From a virus: a stretch of DNA of 64,000 nucleotides. This document shows positions 20,034 through 30,293 of this stretch, one piece after another (positions within the stretch are counted from its first letter, which is position 1; each line of letters opens with the position of its first letter). The translations under genes and the position numbers were made by a program. Under the pieces are notes generated by a model. The model was not told where the DNA came from. It saw only the letters and a program-made list of their open reading frames with translations, and did not search any database. Location: positions 93,808 through 157,807 of the IMG/VR virus record IMGVR_UViG_3300008108_000016; one strand, written 5' to 3'.

Positions 20034-20788
20034 TTACAGGAAATAAATTTAAAAAAATATGTGACTATATCTTGGATGAAAAAGGATTCAATAAAACAGA
20101 AGTCACTAATGAAATACCTATTTATTTTGTAAAAACTGATTACTTACATTCATTTTTTACCACATATAAGCCCAACCATAAATATAAAATTATTACACAT
20201 AATAGTGACTATCCTATTGATATAAAATTTATGAATATATTAGAGGATGTAAATTTAGTGTACTGGTTCGGTCAAAATATTAATTTTGAACACAAAAAAT
20301 TAAAATCTATACCAATAGGGATTGCAAATGAAATGTGGGATCACGGTAATGAAGAGGTTTTATTAAAAATTATTAATCAAGATAATAAAAAAAGTAAAAT
20401 AATTCATTGCTCGTTTGATATAAACACAAATAGATACGAAAGAACCCAATGTGTTAACTCAATGAATAGGAACAATTTAGTTATGAACCAAAGGGAAAAG
20501 TTTGAAGATTATTTAACATCTTTAAGTAATAGTTTTTTTACTTTAAGTCCTAATGGTAATGGTGTTGATTGTCATAAACTATGGGAATCATTATATTTAA
20601 AAACTGTTCCTGTGGTTACTAAAAGTATTAATATTGATTTTTATAGACATTTACCTATCTATGTTATAGACTCATGGAGTCATTTCAATATTAATGATTT
20701 AACAGAAGATTTGTATTATGATATAATAAAAAAACATAATATAGAAAAAATAAGTTTAGATTATTTTCTAAATAAAATAATTAAATAA
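20024..20788 (+). CDS. Exostosin (GT47)-like protein
   Basis: FTLSPNGNGVDCHKLWESLYLKTVPVV. Confidence 0.65.
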   Translation: MQIITGNKFKKICDYILDEKGFNKTEVTNEIPIYFVKTDYLHSFFTTYKPNHKYKIITHNSDYPIDIKFMNILEDVNLVYWFGQNINFEHKKLKSIPIGIANEMWDHGNEEVLLKIINQDNKKSKIIHCSFDINTNRYERTQCVNSMNRNNLVMNQREKFEDYLTSLSNSFFTLSPNGNGVDCHKLWESLYLKTVPVVTKSINIDFYRHLPIYVIDSWSHFNINDLTEDLYYDIIKKHNIEKISLDYFLNKIIK

Positions 20789-20795
20789 AATATAA

Positions 20796-21377
20796 ATGGA
20801 AAAAATAAAGTTAATCTATGAAAATGAGTGTGTAATACCTTCTGATATTAATGAACATTTACCCACCTTACTAAAATACGCCAATGAATGCGATCACATA
20901 ACAGAAATGGGTGTTAGATGGGTTTCATCTACTTGGCCACTATTACTGTCTAACCCCAAAAAAATGATTAGTTATGATATAGTAAAACACCCTAAAATTG
21001 ATGAGGTAATTGAGTTATCAAATGAATATAATTTAAATTATCAATTTATTGAGGATGACGTTCTAAAAACTAATATAGAAGAAACTGATTTACTTTTTAT
21101 AGATACCTTACATACATATAACCAATTAATTTGTGAATTAGAATTACACTCTGACAAATCTAAAAAATATATAATTTTACACGATACTACGTCATTTGGT
21201 AGTGTTGACGAGGTAATATATAACCATGCTAGTTCAGATATTAAAAATTTAGAAACTAAAAAACAAGGACTGTGGACTGCAGTAATTGATTTTTTAGAGT
21301 CGGATAAAGGTAAAAATTGGCAGATTCACGAAAGACATATGAATAACAATGGATTAACAATTCTTAAAAGAAAATGA
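20796..21377 (+). CDS. Class I SAM-dependent methyltransferase (Methyltransf_24-like)
   Basis: EMGVR, LLFIDTLHTY, IILHD. Confidence 0.75.
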   Translation: MEKIKLIYENECVIPSDINEHLPTLLKYANECDHITEMGVRWVSSTWPLLLSNPKKMISYDIVKHPKIDEVIELSNEYNLNYQFIEDDVLKTNIEETDLLFIDTLHTYNQLICELELHSDKSKKYIILHDTTSFGSVDEVIYNHASSDIKNLETKKQGLWTAVIDFLESDKGKNWQIHERHMNNNGLTILKRK

Positions 21378-22195
21378 AAATTTTATTTATAACAAAAGGA
21401 GATAGTCCAGATTATATGTCTGATATGGTTTTCCATGGGGGTAAGTCTATTTACGGTAATGATTTTTACGAATCAAATAAAGTTTGGTATATGTATGACG
21501 ACTTAAAAAATAAACAAAATCTTTATGGAAGAGGGTTTACCATGTACGGTAAAGTACCATTTAAATTATTTAATGATATTTCTCAAAAAATTACAGAAAT
21601 GATTAGTGATAAATATTTTGACAAAATAATTTATGGTTCTGTTTGGAGGTGTATGGACTATTTTGATTTGGTAAAAAAAGTTTACAATAAAAAAGACGTA
21701 TTACTTATTGATGGAGAAGATACTCCAGTCATCAAAGAAGACATTAAAAATTTTGGAAAATATTTTAAAAGAGAACTTTATCGTGATGACAATGAACTTT
21801 ACCCAATTAACTTTGGTGTACCTGAAGAACTCATATTAAATAATGTCGGAGAAAAAGTAAAAAAAATATCGGACATAGTACCAAATACTAATAGAAAGTA
21901 TGTTTTTGATAATGAAAATGATTATTATAAAGAATATTCTAATTCGTGGTTTGCACACACAAGAAAAAAGGGGGGGTGGGATTGTTTAAGACATTATGAA
22001 ATTATGATGAATGGGTGTATTCCATTGTTTGAAAATTTAGATGCCTGCCCAAAAAACACTATGACGGACTTTCCTAAAAAAGAAGTTTTAAAATTTATGA
22101 AAGAAGGGGAAAATATAGAAAATAACCAATATATTTTAGACTATACAAAAAATAGATTAACAACAAAAAAAATAATAAAAAAAATATTAGTATGA
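21374..22195 (+). CDS. GT-B-like glycosyltransferase
   Basis: IDGED, YFKREL, KKGGWDCLRHYEIMMNGCIP. Confidence 0.55.
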   Translation: MKILFITKGDSPDYMSDMVFHGGKSIYGNDFYESNKVWYMYDDLKNKQNLYGRGFTMYGKVPFKLFNDISQKITEMISDKYFDKIIYGSVWRCMDYFDLVKKVYNKKDVLLIDGEDTPVIKEDIKNFGKYFKRELYRDDNELYPINFGVPEELILNNVGEKVKKISDIVPNTNRKYVFDNENDYYKEYSNSWFAHTRKKGGWDCLRHYEIMMNGCIPLFENLDACPKNTMTDFPKKEVLKFMKEGENIENNQYILDYTKNRLTTKKIIKKILV

Positions 22196-22764
22196 AAAAA
22201 ATAGTACAAATAGGAGCAAACAAAGGTAACGATGATTTAAGTCAAATTATAAAAAATGATCAACCTGAGATTTTAATACTTGTCGAACCAATGTTTCTAC
22301 ATAATGATAATTTAAAAAGCCACTATTCTTGGGTTAATAATTTATATATAGAAAATTTAATAATAAGTGACGTAAAATCCAATAATGTTGATTTTTATTA
22401 CCATTTGGATGATGGTCCAGGGTTTGAGGTTGCTAGTGTTGATATTAATCACATAACTAAACATTACCCAAATACGGTGGATAAGATTGTTAAAACAAGT
22501 TTAGAATCTATAACTATAAATGAGTTATTTGAAAAACACAATTTATCAAAAATTGATATCCTTTTTATTGATGCAGAAGGTATTGATGATATCATTATAA
22601 GATCTATAAATTTTTCTAAAGTAGAAGTTAATCAAATTTATTTTGAAAATTTACACATAAAAGATTTTGGAGTGTATGATTACTTAAAAAGTATTGGTTA
22701 CAAATTAACTATGAAAACTGGAAGTCATGGTTGGTGTTCATTAGCAGAAAAAATAAATAATTAA
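22192..22764 (+). CDS. FkbM family methyltransferase
   Basis: VQIGANKG, VEP, IDILFIDAEG. Confidence 0.8.
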   Translation: MKKIVQIGANKGNDDLSQIIKNDQPEILILVEPMFLHNDNLKSHYSWVNNLYIENLIISDVKSNNVDFYYHLDDGPGFEVASVDINHITKHYPNTVDKIVKTSLESITINELFEKHNLSKIDILFIDAEGIDDIIIRSINFSKVEVNQIYFENLHIKDFGVYDYLKSIGYKLTMKTGSHGWCSLAEKINN

Positions 22765-22774
22765 AATATAAAAT

Positions 22775-23386
22775 ATGTCAGCTCAAAATAACATAGATAA
22801 AATAGTTTTAGAAATATTTGGTATTGATAAAACTTTTGTAGAAGCGGGTGGATCACACCCACAAGATCAAAACAACACACATCTTTTAGAAAATCATGGA
22901 TGGGTTGGATTGGTCGTTGAACCAAAAACGGATTTTAATATGATGTATAAAACATATAGATCTAAAACTATATTAGAAAATTATGTCTTAGTGAGTAATA
23001 AATATGAATATGATGAAATTGATGGTGACTTTTCTCACTATATGGTAGGTGGAGTTTTTAATAATCATTTATCTGGTACATGGAACCCAACTAAATATAA
23101 GTGTACAACATTAGATACGTTATTGTCTAAACATAATATTAATGAGGTACATTTTCTAAGTTTGGATGTTGAGGGGTATGAAAATGAAGTAATTGAGGGA
23201 ATAAACTTTGATAATACTTTCATACATCTTATAGTTGTTGAAATCCATAATTTTAATGGTGTGCCTACTAATTTTGATTACCTTACTAACTATGGTTTTG
23301 AAAAGGTTAAATCTGTTGGTAACAACCATCATGATTTCTATATGAATATTAAAAGTGAATTTTACGAAAAATCAAAAACAATTTAA
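22775..23386 (+). CDS. FkbM family methyltransferase
   Basis: FVEAGG, GW.GLVVEP, FLSLDVEGYE. Confidence 0.8.
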   Translation: MSAQNNIDKIVLEIFGIDKTFVEAGGSHPQDQNNTHLLENHGWVGLVVEPKTDFNMMYKTYRSKTILENYVLVSNKYEYDEIDGDFSHYMVGGVFNNHLSGTWNPTKYKCTTLDTLLSKHNINEVHFLSLDVEGYENEVIEGINFDNTFIHLIVVEIHNFNGVPTNFDYLTNYGFEKVKSVGNNHHDFYMNIKSEFYEKSKTI

Positions 23387-23388
23387 AA

Positions 23389-24426
23389 ATGAAAAAAATT
23401 TTAATTTTAGGTGGGGGTGGATTTATTGGAGGACACCTCTCCAAAAAGTTGAGTAACGAAGGAAATTTTGTAAGAGTAGTTGACATTAAAAAACACGAAT
23501 ACTTTAATGAAAAAGAATTTTGTTCTGAATTTATACTGGGAGATTTAAGGGATCCACATTTTGTATCAACAATAATGTTTGCGCCAAATCAAATATCCGT
23601 TGACGATAAAAAAAATTCATTTGATGAAGTTTACCAATTAGCAGCAGATATGGGGGGTGCGGGATATATTTTTACAGGAGAAAATGATGCAAATGTTATG
23701 CACAATTCATCATTAATTAATTTAAATGTTGCTTACTATGCATCTAAATTTAATGTTAAGAAAGTTTTTTATTCTTCATCCGCTTGTATGTATCCTGAAC
23801 ATAATCAGTTAGATACTGAAAACCCAAATTGTGAGGAATCATCCGCATATCCAGCAAATCCAGATAGTGAGTACGGATGGGAAAAATTATTTAGTGAAAG
23901 ATTATATTTTGCCTTCATGAGAAATTATAAATTAGATGTTAGAGTTGCAAGATTTCATAATATCTTTGGACCTTACGGAACTTGGGGTGGGGGTAAGGAA
24001 AAGGCACCAGCCGCTATGTGTAGAAAAGTTGCAGAAACAGAAGATGGTGGTGAAATAGAAGTTTGGGGTGATGGCAATCAAACAAGATCATTTTTGTATA
24101 TTGATGATTGTATTTCGTCAATTTTAAAAATGATGAACAGTGATTTTGTTGGACCAGTAAATATCGGATCAGAGGAAATGGTAACAATAAATGAATTGGC
24201 ACAAATGACAATCTCAATATCAGGAAAAAATATAAAAATTAAAAATATTGATGGAAAAGATTTTTTTAATAAATATGGGTTTAAATGCCCTGTAGGGGTT
24301 AAAGGTAGAAATTCAGATAATAGATTATTTACCGAAAAAATAGGAGACCCTAATTATAATGATTTAATTGTTGGGTTAGAGAAAACATATAAATGGATTA
24401 ATAATGAAATATCTTCATTATCATAA
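23389..24426 (+). CDS. NAD-dependent epimerase, GDP-mannose 3',5'-epimerase-like
   Basis: GGGGFIG, LAADMGG, SSSACMYP, YGWEK, GGKEKAPAAMCRK. Confidence 0.85.
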   Translation: MKKILILGGGGFIGGHLSKKLSNEGNFVRVVDIKKHEYFNEKEFCSEFILGDLRDPHFVSTIMFAPNQISVDDKKNSFDEVYQLAADMGGAGYIFTGENDANVMHNSSLINLNVAYYASKFNVKKVFYSSSACMYPEHNQLDTENPNCEESSAYPANPDSEYGWEKLFSERLYFAFMRNYKLDVRVARFHNIFGPYGTWGGGKEKAPAAMCRKVAETEDGGEIEVWGDGNQTRSFLYIDDCISSILKMMNSDFVGPVNIGSEEMVTINELAQMTISISGKNIKIKNIDGKDFFNKYGFKCPVGVKGRNSDNRLFTEKIGDPNYNDLIVGLEKTYKWINNEISSLS

Positions 24427-24430
24427 TACT

Positions 24431-25264
24431 ATGATAGAAAAAATAATAAATTTCACCCCAACAGGAACTCAAACAACCAGAACAAATTCATTTGCACCAT
24501 TAACTCCTAATGAAATTATTGATGAGGTTCATGAGGCTTATGAGTTAGGTATAACTTTAACTCATATTCATGCTAGAGATCCATTAACTTTAGAAAACAC
24601 ATACAAAAAAAATGTGTATGAGGAAATTATAAATGGTATAAAAAAGTATTGTCCCGAGTTAAGTGTTTGTGTTTCTTTATCCGGAAGACGTTTTCCTGAA
24701 TTTGAGAAAAGGTCGGAAGTACTTGAATTATACCCCGATATGGGATCACTTTCAATGTCGTCTTTAAATTTCCCGAAATCAGCATCTATTAATGAACCTG
24801 ATATGATTATTAAATTAATTAATAAAATGGAAGAATATGGTGTTATTCCTGAAATAGAATGTTTTGATTCAGGAATGTTAAATTATACAAATTATTTAAT
24901 AAAAAAAGAACTATTAAAACCACCATACTATATTAACACAATATTTGGTAATTTATTTAACTCACAATTAGAACCATCAACAATATCAACAATTATTAAT
25001 AACAAACCACAAAATTCACATATGTGTTTTGGTGGGATTGGTGATCATCAATTAAATTCAAATATTATGGGATTAATTTATGCGGATGGAATTAGGATAG
25101 GTCTTGAGGATAATCTATATTTTAAAAACAAAGAAAAAACAACAAACATTGATTTATTAAAAAGAATACATAGAATTATTAATGAAATGGGATTATCTAT
25201 CTTAACCCCATCAAATTTCAGAAAAAATGGATTTAAAAACAAATACAATAACAGTCTTAGGTAA
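24431..25264 (+). CDS. Beta-keto acid cleavage enzyme (BKACE / 3-keto-5-aminohexanoate cleavage family)
   Basis: IINFTPTG, P.TP.EI, HIHARD, PEIECFD, RIGLEDN; start adjusted to MIEK. Confidence 0.85.
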   Translation: MIEKIINFTPTGTQTTRTNSFAPLTPNEIIDEVHEAYELGITLTHIHARDPLTLENTYKKNVYEEIINGIKKYCPELSVCVSLSGRRFPEFEKRSEVLELYPDMGSLSMSSLNFPKSASINEPDMIIKLINKMEEYGVIPEIECFDSGMLNYTNYLIKKELLKPPYYINTIFGNLFNSQLEPSTISTIINNKPQNSHMCFGGIGDHQLNSNIMGLIYADGIRIGLEDNLYFKNKEKTTNIDLLKRIHRIINEMGLSILTPSNFRKNGFKNKYNNSLR

Positions 25265-25877
25265 AAGTGATGCAACAATATCACTAATTTTGAATAATTT
25301 AGAATCAAACAATCTTTTTCCAAAAATTGAAATTATAAATAATTTAAACCTTGAAGTTATCTATGATTTTAATAACCCAAATTTTCAAATAGAGATTAAA
25401 AATTACTTACAAAATACTCCATTGAATTACTGTTTAGGTGGTTATACCCCAAAAGTAAAAAAAACTCTATTTAATTATTTTAATTTACCTATTGATGGTT
25501 ATGTAAATATTATACATAAATCATCTGAGATTGCATCAACAGTATCTTTAGGTTATGGAATTTTAATGAACGCATTGATATCAATTGCTCCTCATACTAA
25601 TATTGGTAATTTTGTCTCTATAAACGGACAAGTATTACTAGGACATCATGTTACTATAGATAATTTTGCAACATTAAACCCTAAAGTGTGTGTTGCGGGT
25701 CATTGTGAAATTGGAGAGGGATCAACAATTGGTATGGGGTCAAATGTGTTAAATGGTGTGAAAATAGGTAAAAATGTTGTGATCGGTGCGGGGTCTGTTG
25801 TTACTAAAGATATACCTGACAATGTTGTTGCCTACGGATCGCCTTGTAAAATAATAAGAGAAAATACTATCACATGA
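25227..25877 (+). CDS. PglD/NeuD-like hexapeptide-repeat sugar N-acyltransferase
   Basis: Left-handed beta-helix hexapeptides, IGAGSVVTKDIP..VVAYGSP. Confidence 0.85.
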   Translation: MDLKTNTITVLGKSDATISLILNNLESNNLFPKIEIINNLNLEVIYDFNNPNFQIEIKNYLQNTPLNYCLGGYTPKVKKTLFNYFNLPIDGYVNIIHKSSEIASTVSLGYGILMNALISIAPHTNIGNFVSINGQVLLGHHVTIDNFATLNPKVCVAGHCEIGEGSTIGMGSNVLNGVKIGKNVVIGAGSVVTKDIPDNVVAYGSPCKIIRENTIT

Positions 25878-26980
25878 TTTCAGTATTTGGTTCAAAATAT
25901 ACTCAAGAAGATATTGACGGAGTAATAGAATGTTTAAAGAATGGTTGGACGGGAATTGGGTCAAATGTTAAAAAGTTTGAGTCAGAATTTAAACAAAGAT
26001 TAAATGTTGATAATTTTCTAATGGTAGACTCAGGATCTAACGCTTTATATTTGGCGTTAAAAAATTTAAACCTCCCTAAAGGATCTGAAGTTATTTTACC
26101 ATCATTTACTTGGGTTAGTTGTGCTCAATCAATTTTATTAAACGATTTAATTCCCGTTTTTTGTGATGTTGATCTATATACACAAAATGTAACAGTTGAT
26201 TTAATACAAGAAAAAATAACAGATAAAACATCAGCAATAATGATTGTTCATTATGCGGGATTACCTGTTGATATTAAACCTATTATTGAATTAGGTTATC
26301 CTGTAATAGAAGATACTGCCCATGCGGTTGACTCTAAAATAGATGATAAATATTGTGGAACATTTGGTGATGTTGGTATATGGAGTTTTGATTCCGTTAA
26401 AAATATTGCCGTTGGCGAAGGTGGGGGGATATATTTTAGAGATAAAAAAATGTCAGAAAAATCATTACAAATGAGGTATTGTGGTATTGGTTTCTCGGGA
26501 TTCAATAATGCGCAAAATGATCCAAATAAAATATGGTGGGAATATAATATAACCACCCCAAATGTTAAAATGTTACCATCTGACATTGAGGGGTCATTAG
26601 CGTTAACACAATTAAAAAACTTACATTTAAATCAAAAAAGAAGAAAAGAAATTTGGGATTACTATCAAGAAAGTTTTAAAAATATAAATTTAATAACTCC
26701 GACAGAGTGTAAAAAAAATGAAACCCATTCATATTTTACTTACTTCATACAAATGAATGAAAATATTAGAAATGAGGTTGCCAAAAATTTATTTGACCTT
26801 GGGATATACACAACTTTAAGATATCATCCTTTACATTTAAATCCAATTTATAAAACAAATGTTAGATTACATAATTCAGAAAAATTAAATAAAACAGGTT
26901 TAAACATACCTTTACATCAAAACTTATCTGATGAGGATGTAAATTATGTATGTGATAAATTAAAAAAAATAATAAAATAA
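25874..26980 (+). CDS. DegT/DnrJ/EryC1/StrS sugar aminotransferase
   Basis: SGSNAL, VHYAG, IEDTAHA, SFDSVKNIAVGEGG (PLP lysine). Confidence 0.9.
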   Translation: MISVFGSKYTQEDIDGVIECLKNGWTGIGSNVKKFESEFKQRLNVDNFLMVDSGSNALYLALKNLNLPKGSEVILPSFTWVSCAQSILLNDLIPVFCDVDLYTQNVTVDLIQEKITDKTSAIMIVHYAGLPVDIKPIIELGYPVIEDTAHAVDSKIDDKYCGTFGDVGIWSFDSVKNIAVGEGGGIYFRDKKMSEKSLQMRYCGIGFSGFNNAQNDPNKIWWEYNITTPNVKMLPSDIEGSLALTQLKNLHLNQKRRKEIWDYYQESFKNINLITPTECKKNETHSYFTYFIQMNENIRNEVAKNLFDLGIYTTLRYHPLHLNPIYKTNVRLHNSEKLNKTGLNIPLHQNLSDEDVNYVCDKLKKIIK

Positions 26981-27588
26981 TGCTACACATAATTACACCT
27001 CTTTATAGATACGAAAATCTAACTCAACTATTTAGTTCAATTTATGCGAATGATGATATAACTTGGCATATCGCACATTCAAATAAAAAACCCTTACCTG
27101 AATTGGAATTTTTAAAAAGTAAAAATATAAAAATATATAGTGTGGATTGTTTAGATACAGATGCAACCAGTAAAAGAAATGAAGTATTAAAAAATATCAA
27201 AAATGGATATTTTTGTTTTCTTGATGATGATACAATTTTCCACGAAAATATGTATATGAAATACCGTGAATGTGTTGATCACAATTTTGTTGGGATGATA
27301 ATCGGAGAACAAATAGATAATGATGGGAAATTAAGATTGGTTGCAAGTAAACCTGTATTCCGTAGGATAGACACTGGAAATGTATTATGTCATCATTCTT
27401 GTTTATCTGAATGTGAATGGCCAAGTGAATACATACCCGAAGTTAATCAGAAAGATTTTCTTTTTTGGGATTCTGTCTATAATTATTACAATAAAAAATG
27501 TGGTATTTGGAATCAACCAATAAGTTACTACAATAAATTATCAAAAATAGAAAATGACAACAAGAAAAAAACCAAGTCAAACAAATGA
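26980..27588 (+). CDS. GT2-like glycosyltransferase
   Basis: IITP, RN, YFCFLDDD, IDTGN. Confidence 0.7.
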   Translation: MLHIITPLYRYENLTQLFSSIYANDDITWHIAHSNKKPLPELEFLKSKNIKIYSVDCLDTDATSKRNEVLKNIKNGYFCFLDDDTIFHENMYMKYRECVDHNFVGMIIGEQIDNDGKLRLVASKPVFRRIDTGNVLCHHSCLSECEWPSEYIPEVNQKDFLFWDSVYNYYNKKCGIWNQPISYYNKLSKIENDNKKKTKSNK

Positions 27589-28294
27589 ACAGGTTGAATC
27601 TAAACCCTTCTCAAGAAAAGATTTCATAAACTCAGTCATTAAGAAAAAACAAAAAAACAAATTTTTATCCACAAATCAAGAAGAATATTATAACATTCTA
27701 AAAGACAATCAAATCACAATTTGTTCAGGACCTGCTGGTGTAGGTAAAAGTTATATATCAATGAAAGCCGCGGTAGATCTTTTATTAGATCCAAATAACG
27801 CATATGAAAAGATAATAATTGTAAGACCTGCAGTTGAGGCCGAAGAGAAATTAGGATCATTACCTGGTAACTTGGAGGAAAAATTGGATCCATATATTTT
27901 CCCATCTTATTATCTTTTAAATAAAATTATTGGTAAAGAAGCAAGAGAAGAATTAAAAAAGGCTGAAATAATTGAGGTGTTTGCATTGGCCTATATGAGA
28001 GGTATGAACATTGATAATTCAATTTTAATATTTGAGGAAGCGCAAAATTCAACACCAAATCAAATGAAATTATTGTTAACAAGAATAGGATTCAACAGTA
28101 AGTTTTTCATATCAGGAGACTTAGAACAAACAGATAGATATAAAGATAAAAAACAATCGGGTCTATATGATGCATTACAAAGATTTAAAAATGTTAATGA
28201 CATTGGAGTATATGATTTTAGAAACGCCAAAAACGTTAGAAATCCATTAATTGGTAAAATACTTGACAAATATGATGAAGAGAATAGGGATTGA
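27554..28294 (+). CDS. phoH: PhoH-family ATPase
   Basis: GPAGVGKS, RPAVE, LG.LPG, AYMRG, EEAQN, LTRIG, GD..Q.D. Confidence 0.95.
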   Translation: MTTRKKPSQTNEQVESKPFSRKDFINSVIKKKQKNKFLSTNQEEYYNILKDNQITICSGPAGVGKSYISMKAAVDLLLDPNNAYEKIIIVRPAVEAEEKLGSLPGNLEEKLDPYIFPSYYLLNKIIGKEAREELKKAEIIEVFALAYMRGMNIDNSILIFEEAQNSTPNQMKLLLTRIGFNSKFFISGDLEQTDRYKDKKQSGLYDALQRFKNVNDIGVYDFRNAKNVRNPLIGKILDKYDEENRD

Positions 28295-28958
28295 GATTAA
28301 CGGAGTATTGAGGGATACAATTGGGAAATTTAAACATTTGTATGAAAAACATTTAATTGAAAATAATGGATTTGATGTAGAATCTATTGACAAAACGTAT
28401 GAGTTAACTTTTTCAGGCGATACTGACGAGTTAGTTGAGATGAATGAGAGTACCAATGTTAATTGGTTTAAATATGAGATACTAAGTGAAGTTGATTCTC
28501 TTGAACTTGATAAACATTTCTCTTTTCAGTCAAAAGAGGAGTTATATTCATTTATGTACGAAGATTATACAATGGAATTATTTGGTCATGCACCATCAAC
28601 GGAAACTCTAACATTTAATTACTTGAATGATTTTTACCTTAATTTAAGAGATGAAAATGATATTATAATATTGTCAGATGAGATTGGTAGATCAAAACCA
28701 TCCTCACTTTTCTTCTTATCTAAGTTTGGATGTTTGGTTGAAAAGATAATTTTTTACTCAAATCAAACAAAAAATACAATTTGGGATAATGTAGACATTT
28801 TACTTACCTCAAACCCTGACTTATTATTAAATCATCCACCAAATAAAATAGTGGTTAAATTTATAACAGATTACAATAAACAAACACCCTCAAAATATCA
28901 GATTGAATCATTGTCTGAATTTGAGAATTTAATTAAAGAATTAAAAGAATATGCTTAA
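28272..28958 (+). CDS. HAD-fold 5'-nucleotidase-like protein with degenerate catalytic motif
   Basis: RIGIEINGVLRD aligns with IGIDxDGVL but lacks both Asp residues. Confidence 0.5.
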   Translation: MMKRIGIEINGVLRDTIGKFKHLYEKHLIENNGFDVESIDKTYELTFSGDTDELVEMNESTNVNWFKYEILSEVDSLELDKHFSFQSKEELYSFMYEDYTMELFGHAPSTETLTFNYLNDFYLNLRDENDIIILSDEIGRSKPSSLFFLSKFGCLVEKIIFYSNQTKNTIWDNVDILLTSNPDLLLNHPPNKIVVKFITDYNKQTPSKYQIESLSEFENLIKELKEYA

Positions 28959-29226
28959 GATCCTTGGTGAATATTATTATGTTGATATGGACATGATTGA
29001 TACATTTACAAAAATTGAAGATACGAGTGAACCAACTGAAGAAAATGAAATGGATGGTACAAAAGTACATATTGTAAAATACGAAACCGTAAAATTTATG
29101 TTGGAAATTGTAATGGATCAACAATCAGAAGTTGATGAAAAATTATTAGGTAGTTCAGAACTTTCTATTCCATTTAAATTGGCATTTAACACTCTTTTAA
29201 ATAAAAAAATAATTAATAAACTTTAA
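28951..29226 (+). CDS. Hypothetical phage protein
   Basis: Operon ORF. Confidence 0.6.
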   Translation: MLKILGEYYYVDMDMIDTFTKIEDTSEPTEENEMDGTKVHIVKYETVKFMLEIVMDQQSEVDEKLLGSSELSIPFKLAFNTLLNKKIINKL

Positions 29227-29230
29227 AATT

Positions 29231-30292
29231 ATGAATCAAGAACAACTATCAAAACTTGAAAAGTCTATTCAAACAATGAAAGATAAACAGTGTAGAATTT
29301 ATCTTGTTGTACAGGACACAAAAGGAAACGCCAAAGCCTCAATAAGATATATATATCAAGTTGGAATGGCTCTTAAAAATAACGGATTTAATCCAATCAT
29401 TCTACACGAAAAACCAGATTACTTTGGTGTGGGTAATTGGTTAGGGGAAGAATATATGACTGAATTACCTCACATGGCAATTGAGGGGACTAATCTTGAG
29501 GTTTCCCCTGAAGATCTAATTATTATTCCCGAAATTTATGGATTTGTTATGGATCAAATCACAAAACTTCCTTGTGGTAAAGTGGTGTTATGTCAGGCGT
29601 ATGATCATATTTTTGAAACATTAAACCCCGGAGACACTTGGTCAAGGTTAGGTTTCTACAAATGTATCACAACATCAGAAAAACAAAAGGAGGTTATTGA
29701 AACGTTAATGAGAGGAGTATCTATTGATGTCTTACCACCTGTAATTTCGGAATGTTTTGAAAAACAAACATTACCACCTAAAACTATAATTTCTGTACAT
29801 ACCAGAGATCAAAGAGAAACTGTTAATCTTATCAAGGCATTTTATGCTAGGTTTCCACAATATAGATGGATAACATTTAGAGATATGAGAGGGTTATCTG
29901 AAAAAGAATTTGCAAACGCAATGAAAGAAAGTTTCTGTTCTGTTTGGATGGATCAAACAAGTGGTTTTGGAACATTCCCTCTTGAATCATTCAAAATGGG
30001 AATCCCTATTATTGGTTTAGTCCCTAATCTAGTACCTGAATGGATGAATGAGGATAATGGTATATGGATTAACAACCCAAATATGATGGTAGACGTTATT
30101 GCGGATTTTACTCAAAACTGGCTTGAGGATAATATTAGTCCTGTTATTTTTGAGGGTATGGAAAAAACAATATCAGAGTATTCTGACATGAATAGATTTG
30201 AATCAAACGTTGTAGAACTTTTTAGTAAAATGATTGACACTCGTTTAGAATCATTTGAAGAACAATTAAATAAATTTGAAACAATAGAATAA
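29231..30292 (+). CDS. GT-B-like glycosyltransferase
   Basis: DLIIIPE, SGFGTFPLES..MGIPIIG C-terminal GT4-like motif. Confidence 0.55.
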   Translation: MNQEQLSKLEKSIQTMKDKQCRIYLVVQDTKGNAKASIRYIYQVGMALKNNGFNPIILHEKPDYFGVGNWLGEEYMTELPHMAIEGTNLEVSPEDLIIIPEIYGFVMDQITKLPCGKVVLCQAYDHIFETLNPGDTWSRLGFYKCITTSEKQKEVIETLMRGVSIDVLPPVISECFEKQTLPPKTIISVHTRDQRETVNLIKAFYARFPQYRWITFRDMRGLSEKEFANAMKESFCSVWMDQTSGFGTFPLESFKMGIPIIGLVPNLVPEWMNEDNGIWINNPNMMVDVIADFTQNWLEDNISPVIFEGMEKTISEYSDMNRFESNVVELFSKMIDTRLESFEEQLNKFETIE

Positions 30293-30293
30293 T

